Source: Macrostomum lignano (taxonomy: Eukaryota). From it: DNA of 64,000 nucleotides. The stretch is from assembly GCA_002269645.1 (NCBI GenBank), contig NIVC01000068.1, forward strand, positions 681,480-745,479. Direction: 5' to 3'. The translations under genes were made by a program, and so were the position numbers. Position 1 is the stretch's first letter, and each line of letters begins with the position of its first letter. Below are positions 21,617 through 32,149 of the stretch, one piece after another. The notes under the pieces were generated by a model, which was not told where the DNA came from, made no database searches, and worked only from the letters and a program-made list of their open reading frames with translations.

Positions 21617-24600
21617 ATGTCAGCTAAGCTTCAACCAGTCAGGCCCCGAATCGAAGTTCACCACTCCCAGCTGGACAACAACAATGAAGACGAGGACAGT
21701 CGCGAGAATCACCGACAAGACGCTGAGCGCGCCGCCATTGTTGCTCGCTACGATGGCAAAGCATCAGGCGGGATTTCTGGCATCAACGAAGCTGACCCGG
21801 TGCCTCCGGACAGCCAGATCGATCACTTTGGCTTCTACCACCCGGCTGCCTCAGGCGGCGTGCCCGCCGCTCTGTCCCTCGCCGAGGCGCGAATTCGCCA
21901 AGCCGACCTGCGCCGCGAGCCGAAGTGGCAGCGGATGCTGCGGCCAGCAAACCAATCTGGCCAGGCCAGCGGCAGCCGCTTCGCCAACTGGCACCGGGTT
22001 GCCGCCGAAACTGACAATGGCGGCAGAGGCGAGACTGCTAGTCGTCGAGCTCTGGATTTTAGCGCCAAGTTTTTAAACCGCCTGTACAAAGGTGTGCCTG
22101 AGAAGTTTCGGTATCCAGTCTGGTACGAACTGTTGGCAATCGATGAAGCCAGGAGATCCTGCCAATGGGGCTATCCGGCCATCAGGGAGTACGCCAGGAA
22201 GCATTCACCGGATGTGCACCAGATTGATTTGGACGTGAATAGGACTTATCGGTTTACGGAGTTCTATCGAGTTCGATATAATGCTAGGCAAAGAGTGTTG
22301 TTTAACGTTCTGGTGGCCTATAGCATGTACAACACGGATGTTGGCTATTGCCAGGTTAGTGGTGCTGGAGAGCTACAAGGTTTGAGCAGTGACGATTCGG
22401 TGAATTGTGGTGGAGGGGTGACAACTGCGGGCCCTGAAGTATCGGTGGATTGTGATGGAAGGGTGACAACTGCGGGCCCTGAAGTATCGGTGGATTGTGG
22501 TGGAGGGGTGACAACTGCGGGCCCTGAAGTATCGGTGGATTGTGGTGGAGGGGTGACAACTGCGGGCCCTGAAGTATCGGTGGATTGTGATGGAGGGGTG
22601 ACAACTGCGGGCCCTGAAGTATCGGTGGATTGTGATGGAAGGGTGACAACTGCGGGCCCTGAAGTATCGGTGGATTGTGGTGAAGGGGTGACAACTGCGG
22701 GCCCTGAAGTATCGGTGGATTGTGGTGGAAGGGTGACAGATGCGAACCCTGAAGTATCGGTGGATTGTGGTGGAGGGGTGACAGATGCGGGCCCTGAAGT
22801 ATCGGTGGATTGTGGTGGAGGGGTGACAACTGCGGGCCCTGAAGTATCGGTGGATTGTGGTGGAGGGGTGACAACTGCGGGCCCTGAAGTATCGGTGGAT
22901 TGTGGTGGAGGGGTGACAGATGCGAGCCCTGAAGTATCGGTGGATTGTGATGGAGGGGTGACAACTGCGGGCCCTGAAGTATCGGTGGATTGTGGTGGAG
23001 GGGTGACAACTGCGGGCCCTGAAGTATCGGTGGATTGTGGTGGAGGGGTGACAGATGCGAGCCCTGAAGTATCGGTGGATTGTGATGGAGGGGTGACAAC
23101 TGCGGGCCCTGAAGAATTGGTGGATTGTGGTGGAGGGGTGACAACTGCGGGCCCTGAAGTATCGGTGGATTGTGGTGGAGGGGTGACAGCACAGCCAAAA
23201 TGCTGTAAACCGATGACAAATCTACCCACCGTACCGCAGGGCATGAGTCAGCTGGCAGCCTTCCTTCTGCTGTACTTCAACGACGAAGAAGAAGCCTTCT
23301 TGGCGCTGACCCAGCTGTTCACGGGACCGCGCCACGGTCTTCACGGCTTTTTTATTCCAAACTTTCCAAAGCTTCTGCGCTACATCGAGCAGTACAGGAC
23401 TTGTCTGCAGAAGCTGATGCCCAGACTCGACAGGCTGATTCACGAGAAGCACTTGGTGCCGGTCACCGCTTACGCTGTTCGGTGGTTCATGCAGGCGTTT
23501 CTCGACTGCATGCCATTTCCCATCACCGTGCGGCTGTGGGACATCTTTGTGGCACTGGGGGAGCAGGTCCTGGTTGCTATGGCGGTTGCCATCATGCGGT
23601 TGCACTCTAAGAGGCTGATGAAGATGAACTCGGACGAAGAGTTTCTGGCCTTCTTGGGAGCTGGACTGCAGAAGGATTTCAGCTATACTGAGGATCAGGT
23701 GAGGGGATCATTTTATGGCTATTGATCATGAGTGTTTATGAGATTTGATTCGGTGTTTATAGAATTTGATGTTTATGTGATATTTATGTTTATGTTTATG
23801 TTTATGTGATGTTTATAGTGTTTATGTGAATCGATCAGGTGTGTTTATGGAATTTGATCAGGTGTGTTTTATGGGATTTGATCAGGTGTGTTTATGTGAA
23901 TCGATCAGGTGTGTTTATGAAATTTGATCAGGTGTGTTTATGGGATTTGATCAGGTGTGTTTATGGGATTTGATCAGGTGTGTTTATGGAATTTGATCAG
24001 GTGTGTTTATGGAATTTGATCAGGTGTGTTTATGGGATTTGATCAGGTGTGTTTATGGAATTTGATCAGGTGTTTCTATGGGATTTGATCAGATTTGTTT
24101 ATGGGATTTGATCAGGTGTGTTTATGGAATTTGATCAGGTGTTTCTATGGGATTTGATCAGATGTGTTCATGGAATTTGATCAGGTGTGTTTGTGAATCG
24201 ATCAGGTGTGTTTATGTGAATCGTTCAGGTGTGTTTATGGGATTTGATCAGGTGTGTTTTATGGGATTTGATCAGGTGTGTTTATGTGAATCGATCAGGT
24301 GTGTTTATGAAATTTGATCAGGTGTGTTTATGGGATTTGATCAGGTGTGTTTATGGGATTTGATCAGGTGTGTTTATGGAATTTGATCAGGTGTGTTTAT
24401 GGAATTTGATCAGGTGTGTTTATGGAATTTGATCAGGTGTGTTTATGGGATTTGGCTAATTTTGTTTATGAGAACTTGTTTGGGTTGTGAATTAATGCAT
24501 GCTATCACATTTCTCGGGGTTGTAGACGCTTAGTAAAAATATTTTTGAGTTTCTTGACAATATACTCGTAGTTTCCAAATCTCATGCTTTCAAAGATTAA

Positions 24601-26362
24601 TTGATGTCGGTCTCGTCTTTGACTAGTGTGTTGTTAAGCATTTTTATGGTTCGTATCCTTAGTTTACTTTGGCGCATTTTGGTTTACTTACAGTTTGTAT
24701 CTACAATTGCGCATATAATTTTGTCTGTCTGTCATCTTTCTCTCATGCTGTTATGAGAATTATGATCAGGCTGGGTTAAATCGCGGTTACTGCAGACCTC
24801 TTGTTTATTCATTCACTAATGACGCAGTTTGATGCAGAATCTGTTAGGGTAGAGTTCATTGTGCGAGCTAAGGTTTTTAGCTTTGCTACCATGGCGACTG
24901 TGTGTTAAACTAGACAATTTAGTTGTCAGCTCCCCTCTTACCCTGCCTCACCTCTATCTGAACCCTCCCCCCATATCTATTCACCCTAATCATCTCAATC
25001 CTCATGCTAAACTCATTCCGAATCTCGCTCTACCTCGTCTCCATTCTCAACCTAAAAATCTACATTCTCACCCTACCTCATCTCATCTCCAATCTCACCC
25101 TACCTCATCTCCAATTTCACCCTACCTCGTCTCCAATCTCACCCTACCTCGTCTCCAATCTAACCCTACCTAATCTCCAATTTCACCCTACCTCATATCC
25201 AATCTCACCCTACCTCACCTCCAATTTCACCCTACCTCATATCCAATCTCATCCTACCTCACCTCGAATCTCACCCTACCTCATCCAATCTCACCCTAGC
25301 TCACCTCCAATCTCACCCTACCTCGTCTCGATTCTCGCCCTACGTCATCACCTCATCACCATTTCATCCATCCTATTGACCTTCACTCCTCTAAAGAAGA
25401 ATCTCACCGTTTAATCTCACCATTCTCATTCTAACCCTACTCTCTGGATACCCCAGGTGATGCAGTGCTTACGCGACACCCTGTCTGAGCTGAAGTCGCA
25501 GCGGTTGCTTCCCGAACCCGGCAGTCTGCCAGACGAGCTGCCGACTCGCCCACCGATGCGCGCCACCCCTCGGCAGCCAGTCGGTGTCAATGGCAGTGCC
25601 GACAGCACCGATCGAGCGCCTCAGCAGCCGCTCCCGCCGGTGCCAGCGCCACGTCAGGCATCTCAGCTGAACGCTCAAGACGTGCTCCGTCGCTCGCTTC
25701 AGCGTCGTGACCCGGTACCTTCGCCTCGGCAGTCCACCGCCTGGGAGATCGAAGTCGAAGAGTCGCTTCCAGCCCAGGTGCGCCGTCCCGTCGCCAAAGA
25801 CGAAGCGAGGGTGGCGCCCGCCGCCAGCCCCACCACAGCCGTCTCCGCCGCGGCCAGCGTGTCGGTCAACTGGCGAACCGCCCATCGGCGGGATAGCGGC
25901 AGACGGCAGCCGAATAGCAGGTGAGATCGAACTAAACCCGTCGCCATAGCAACTGAACTCGTTCCTATACCACTTTTGCACTTTATCAAATCAAAGTCTA
26001 CATGCATATATCATCCTGTGCTTATCCCTCCGATTAGGTCATCACACACGCAGCAGCAGCAGCCGCAGCAGCCGGTAAATCATAATCACCAGAACCGCTC
26101 AACACCCTCAAAGCCTCGCATAATTCATCATTCGGCCGCTAAAAAGCGTATCAGCATCAGCGGTGGCTCATCAACAGCCGCTGTGACTCAGCACTATCAT
26201 CAGCGCAGGCTCAGTGGTCGATCCAGCTCGTCGCGCCAGCAGCAGCGGCAGCAGTCAGGTGGGAGTTCCACCTCGCCCATCAGGAGGCGGACACCCCACC
26301 AACAAGGCAGTCAGTCTTTCATTGGCTCTGTTGGCGAATTGTCAGTTGAAACGCCATTGTGA
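21617..26362 (+). CDS. USP6NL: USP6 N-terminal-like (RN-tre) TBC-domain Rab GAP; coding exons 21617-22354, 23240-23698, 25457-25920, 26038-26362 (~661 aa)
   Basis: N-terminal ERAAIVARY...DHFGF...EPKWQRML, arginine finger IDLDVNRTY, glutamine finger GYCQ|GMSQ joined across GT-AG intron 22355-23239, RWF..F....PFPITVRLWDIF, and DFSYTEDQ|VMQCLRDTLSELK. All junctions are GT-AG and phase-compatible. An upstream acceptor at 21564 implies 5' UTR exon(s). Confidence 0.88.
22400..23190. repeat. 45-bp intronic minisatellite (~17-18 units)
   Basis: ggtggaggggtgacaactgcgggccctgaagtatcggtggattgt; the pattern recurs every 180 bp (4 units). Confidence 0.97.
23830..24450. repeat. 23-bp intronic minisatellite gatcaggtgtgtttatgg(g/a)attt
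   Basis: About 27 tandem units. Confidence 0.95.
24935..25430. repeat. ~22-bp pyrimidine-rich minisatellite ccaatctcaccctacctc(a/g)tct
   Basis: Tandem units running up to the acceptor at 25456. Confidence 0.85.
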
Positions 26363-26630
26363 TTGTCGTTTAATAAATTTAAGCTCAAATTTTACCTCAC
26401 TAAATTGTATTTATTGGGTATGTAATAATTGGGCGCTTTCAAAAACTAGAACTTTCACAGGAATAAATTATTGAGTAAAGTTAAATTAGATATAATTGAA
26501 ATTGAAATCACTGCCTGCGATGCACAGGATCCAAAGCAATTAAATTTATGAAACATTAATTAGGGTGGGGTTAGTTGGGTGCTGATAATAAAAAGAGTGC
26601 GCGACTTAGGAAGTTGAAGAGGTAAGATAA

Positions 26631-26960
26631 GGCCGCGGGATAGAGATAAGAATGACGAGAGTCGAGACTGAATCAGTAAGACAGAGGGAGAGAAAACAGT
26701 AAACGGAGACGAGGTTGGAGTGGGCTACTGAGGCAAGAGGCCAGATCGAATAGCCAATCAGAAGGCCGCGGGATAGAGAGATAAGAATAACAAGACTGAA
26801 TCAAACAGAGGGAGGGGAGAAAACACAAAACAGAGTAAAAAGAGTCGAGGCGTGGAGTGGGCGACTGGGGAATGAGGCCAGATTGAATAGCCAATCAGAA
26901 GGCAGCGAGGAAAAATAACAAGACTGAACTAAACAGAGGGAGAGAAAACAGAGTAAACAC
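26631..26960. repeat. ~130-bp degenerate tandem repeat (~2.5 units)
   Basis: ggccgcgggatagaga...aatagccaatcagaag occurs twice, plus a partial third unit. Confidence 0.7.
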
Positions 26961-28489
26961 TGACAAGTGCAGATGAACTGAATTAGATGAATAAGAAAAT
27001 AGTGACTAACTTGCTAAGTCGCAATTAATGCTACTTATCTAGGTATCTGACGCAGATTGGAATTTGTTCTTTGTGAAGCTTCTGGTTTATGAAGGTTCTC
27101 AATTATTAATAATAATAGACAATTTTATATACAAATACAAGCACCAATATATGGCTTGCTCAGAAGCAAACGTAAGTTTTTATCTAGATGATGAAATAAA
27201 TTCAATCTTTTTCTGAATTTTGATGACGCAATTATTTTTGTTATAACGAACTAACGAACTAATCTGTTTGATTAATCGATTTCAAAGTTTGCTGATCTTG
27301 CCCTATGATGAATTGCTGTGTAATTTTGTTTAAAATATTATCATCTCCTATTAACAGTAGCTAGGCTGCGCTAGCTTCCCTTCACATTCCTGTTTTGTGA
27401 TTGTTTTTTGTAATTTTGTACTTCACAGTTAACCAAGATTGTTTATTTTTTATCCGGCGGGTTTTAACTGTTATTAAGTGTCTATTCTTTTAGATTTATC
27501 TCTCATATATTTAAGTCGCAGCTTGCTGTGAAAGAAAATTTGTCTCAAGTGTTCGCTTTCAAACTTTCTTTTTTAAACGGAATTGGCATCTAGCACTGCT
27601 AGTTGGTCATCCCGTAGAGTTAGAAATAATCGTGTCTTGAAGATTCGCTTCCATTTAAACAAAAAGAATGTAACGTGAATATTTTATAATCTTAAGCTGG
27701 CTTAATTTGTACAAAGGTAAATAATTTTGTTGAACAAACACAGGCTGTTAAATTGTGGTGCACCGAACAAATAGTGCCTTAATGCGTTAAATGCATATTT
27801 TTGTACATCTATTTTAGCCTTGATCGAATTGCCTAATTGTTTAGTTTTTCTATATTTATCTTGCATGCAATAAAGCAGTCTCGCTAACATTGCAGTTTGG
27901 TGCTTAAAAGTAGTATTGATGGAAAAATACCGATTAATATGAAATAAATATTAATAAATGGAGTATTTTCGGATTTACCAAACTAGATATGAACAAAATG
28001 TTTCGCTTCAGATTTTTTTTCTAAATCTCATGTTGGATTCTTATATTTCTAGGAATAAAAATGATTAAATATCTTTATAGGTAAAATATTTTCTTAGAAT
28101 CCAACATTGTCCGTGACTTGATTTAACTTGTCGTTGCAAGCCAGAAAAAAACTTTACGCAATTTTGTTTTTTATCAATAATGATTAGCAGCGTTTAAAAG
28201 GCATGGAAAGAATCAAAGTTATTATTTTTGAAACATTATTTTCATGGTTTCTAGACTGCATGTTTCCCACTTGACATTTTGCCATTTCACATACATTTGA
28301 CAGTCGACTTTTGAGAAATTTTTCTAAACTGATACAGCCGCATGCTTGAGCTGTATGCTTGCGATCATTGCAATTTGAGTTGAGATGGTAATATTTTTAT
28401 AGCAATAGCAAAAGTAACTTCTGCTCCTTGAAAATAGTATTTCAAATTATCTTTTTGTATTTATTTATTGCATGAAAGTACACAAATCT

Positions 28490-28715
28490 CACAGATCTCA
28501 TGCATGAGGTATTGGATTGATCATGCATGAGGTATTGTATTGACAATGCTCACAGATCTCATGGATGGGGTATTGGATTGTCAATGCTCACAGATCTCAT
28601 GGATGGGGTATTGGATTGTAAATCCTCACATATCTCATGGATGGGATATTGGATTGTCAATGCTCACAGATCTCATAGATGGGGTATTGGATTGTCAATG
28701 CTCACAGATCTCATG
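28490..28715. repeat. 38-bp minisatellite cagatctcatggatggggtattggattgtcaatgctca
   Basis: Period 38 (28553 vs 28591). Lies directly after the stop codon of the channel gene. Confidence 0.9.
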
Positions 28716-28728
28716 CATGTGCCTGCGG

Positions 28729-31056
28729 CTATCGAGGCTTCAGGCTCCACACTCTGACAAGGCAGCCAGTCTCATTTTTCTTTTCTCTGCTGCCGCATGC
28801 GCGCCTCGACATCCGAGTGAGCCATCCATACAACTGCCAGGTGTGCAGCGAATTATTCAGCAAACTCAGCGTGTAAATCATATCGAACTTGTTGACCGAT
28901 TCGTCGAACGAGTTCGATATCATGGCAATGATGAAGTTCTGTACGTTGATGCCAACCACCAGAATGAAGAGTGTGTGCAGTACCACGCTGGTGAAGTCCT
29001 GCGCCGGACTGGCAATGTTCAGCAGCAAGCGCAGCGGTGAATAGAACACCGAGTACGGCTTCGCGAACTCCTTGCCGAGAACGTCTGTCATGTAGAACAG
29101 GCTGCCGAACACGATGTACGTCCACAGAATGAAGAGCGGCAGAACGCCGACAAATCTGGAAATGGCTCGTCGGAAGCTGATGCACAGAAAAGCCATGCTT
29201 CGGCATCCGCTCTCGTAGGTTTCAAGTGCGCTAAATAGCGTAAAGAATATGTACAGAACTGCGGAGCACTCGGACACATTGGCTGCCACAGTCAGCTGCA
29301 AGTTTCTTGGGCCCCTACGGCCGAGCACATAGTCTGTGCAGTCAATGGATCTCTCCAGAGTCATTGAGGCAATGATGAAGATAATTCCTGTCATGAAGCT
29401 GAGCGCGTAAGCAGTCAAGAAGTAGTGCGACTGTACCAGATACTCTTTCGGACGTCGGTGCGTCGGTGTCCATTTGCTGAAGCGCCGCGCAAATTGCAGC
29501 TCCTTGAAGCAGTTAAGCAATAGAACGGCGAGTTGAATGACTAGAACTGGGCTCAGGATGAACAGCGAAATTGACCAGTTTTTGAGAATCGTTGTCCTCT
29601 GAATTGGGACACCCCAGAGTGGCGACGTGAACAGCGTGTCGGTATTGTTCGGGTTGGACTTGTCAGTCAGGTAGTGGATCAGAGACGCTGGTGAGCAGTT
29701 GACTCGGACAGTCTTTTCTAGATCCGTGATGCTGTAGTTCAGGCCTTCAGTCATTGACCCATCGCTGCTGTTTGAGCTACTCAAAGCTAGTTTGATCAGA
29801 TCAGTGTACCGCTCAAAGCCCGTCTCAAGCTCATAGCCGATGGCTGCCATGGACACAATGAGGTCGAAGCGGTTGCTGAACGGAGTGAAGGAAGAGGCCA
29901 GTATGCTCAAAGCTACTAAACGCAGCGTCAAAGTGCATTTCATGTCTTTATTGGTCAAATCGATCCAATTCTTCATCACTGGCACATCCTGCAAGCCGGA
30001 CTGTGCGTACTGGTCCGCTTGCTCCGTCGACATCCGCGTCAGCATCAGCAGAGGGTTCTTGTCTCGTCGCTCTCCGTTCATCAGATCGTACTCAGCAAAG
30101 TCATACGCACTTCGCACGCGAATTCCGTGAGCACCTTGCTTAACTAGCAGGTACCCTTCAACGCCAAGGATGAGTCGAACGCTGAAATAGGCGCCTATGA
30201 GCATGGAAAATTCCAACGGTCTCAGGCCTTGGGCATTTTCTATTCGACACAGTCGATGAAGCAGGTTTACCTGTGGGCTGGAGGTTTCGTGCGTTAATAA
30301 AGAGATTCATTGACTGCAGTGATCGGTTGCTAACTGCTGCATTTCAGTCACTAGTTGTAAATTTAAGGTAGGAGTCAACAGGTACAGTGTGCATCATGGA
30401 AGAATTTATCGTCTTTCTGATGAGTCTACCTCTAATGAGTCTACCTCTAATGAGTTGCCTCCGCGACGTAAGCACACCATATATTCATTTAACGCTCTCC
30501 TCCCAGTCTCTACGAGTGTAGTGCATGATTACTTAGGAACTTGTGAGCATGAGCAAAACGAAAACTAATGTAGCATGTACCTATCAGACCATGGATCTTC
30601 TCCGGCTGGCGCCCAAAAAACATGACGTAAGAGTTCAAAAGCCTCCGCTTGAAAAGCTTCGTAGCCGGCAGTTCCCGAGCAGCTGGCCTCGGCCATGCAG
30701 TGCAGCAGGTTCGACCCGGAGTCCCTGTCAGTTAGCAGCAAGAGCTGGGGATGAGTCAGCGCCAGGTAGCGAAGAACCCGCCGACTGGACAGAACGACGC
30801 ACAGCTGCGGCAGCCGACATGCAAATGCCGGTGGTCTGAGCTCTGATAAAGCTGCTGCACTGTGCTCCAGCCTCCAGCTCAGCCGATCCTCCAAGCAGCA
30901 TTCTGGTCCGCTGGCAGTTGCAGCAAGGCTGATCATTCCTTCAACGTCGTCTTCAAGCAGTCGCGCTGTGAGCAACTCGGATGTGCCGGCGTCAAACCAG
31001 AGGCAGTCAGCGCCTCCGCTAACCGAGTTCGTTCTCGAGTTAAACTGCTTATTCAT
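28729..31056 (-). CDS. Divergent TRP-family (TRPV-like) cation channel; coding exons 31056-30581 and ~30277-28729 (~674 aa)
   Basis: Ankyrin-like motifs DSGSNLLHCMAE and RIENAQGLRPLEF, several hydrophobic helices, S5-like RFVGVLPLFILWTYIVFGSLFY, pore-helix-like YSVFYSPLRLLLN, and S6-like LFILVVGINVQNFIIAMISNSF (TRP NxLIAM(M/L)S pattern). Donor AG|GTACAT at 30581 (phase 2); the phase-compatible acceptor CTCCAG| lies at 30277. Confidence 0.62.
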
Positions 31057-31699
31057 TGTGCTGAATGAAAGCATATATCAGTTGCAAACGGTTTTGATTC
31101 CACTCGCTTTATACTGGCTTTTATCGATCAGCCCGGGCTCCGTAACCACCTGAACAAACAGTGGGGCACAGTGTAAACATTTTGGCTATGCTGCTCACCT
31201 GGAACCAGCTTTGGTAATTAAGTTTGCTCACGGAAAATGAATAGAGTAACGTTTTGTGAAGCAGTTTTATTTGCTAAATTCGTACAAACGAACAGGCAGT
31301 CAGATATTTTAGTGCACTTTTGCGTCGCAGTTGCCAATTTATATGCACTCTGAATCGTACCATCACTAAAGCTGCAAATTGTCTTTTCAATTTATAAGTA
31401 CTTCGACAAAGCATTGAATAAGTGGGGAACCGTCACCTGACTTTGACGTTCTTGTTTTTGGTTGAAATTGATTGCTATCTACCGTGTCATGCCGTCTAAG
31501 TGATAGTACTCTGTGTGAGTGAATTGTTTTCCACACAGTGCTGCATTCTCGAACCAGTTTTCAAAGAAACGTTTAACTTTTAAATAGACATTGTAGTCAA
31601 GCATTTAATAGTAATAATAATAATTGTTTACACCTTCCCTAATGATCAGTTGTGCAACCGACAGCTCAGCCACAGCTGAAGGCTGCATACGGCTGTTCA

Positions 31700-31830
31700 T
31701 TCCAAGGACTGTTTGGGTCGCCACACTCCCTCAATTACCCTTTGATAATGCAAGTACCCATTTTACTGCAGCTGGGTGAACTGAAGCGACGCAGAGTTAG
31801 ATGTCTTGCTAAAAGAGCAAACTGTTCCAA
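31700..31830 (+). mobile_element. Possible SINE central-domain remnant
   Basis: gtacccattttactgcagctgggtgaactgaagc...gatgtcttgctaaaag resembles the central domain of invertebrate SINEs as I recall it. No tRNA head or tail identified. Confidence 0.3.
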
Positions 31831-32149
31831 GTGGGTCGCGAAACAACTTGGCTTTACGATTGCATTTACCGAAAAAACAAGCATGAAAAACGCATACTGT
31901 GACGACTTATATATTTGTCAAAAATATTGTAAAAAGGGACTAAACGCGAAGTACATGTAGCAATTGTACATCTATGCAAACCCGAGTAAACGACAGCACG
32001 CACAAACGAATGTACATAGCTACACAGATAAGGTAGCTAGAGCAACGCAACCACCAAAACACACAAAGCAACCAAGCACCAACACCACAGATCCGACACA
32101 CGCCACACGCTACCACACCTCTCCCAACCAAGAGCAGAGCCCAGCTCAG

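Noticed and set aside
22345-23244. Minus-strand mucin-like ORF (VTPPPQSTDTSGPAV)n as a nested antisense gene
   Set aside because: No signal peptide and no convincing donor site. Stop-free frames are expected from the 45-bp unit.
21617-23725. The 702-aa single ORF as the normal protein
   Set aside because: GT-AG sites at 22355/23239 restore the conserved YCQGM motif, and the gene continues in later exons. Retention is kept only as a hypothesis.
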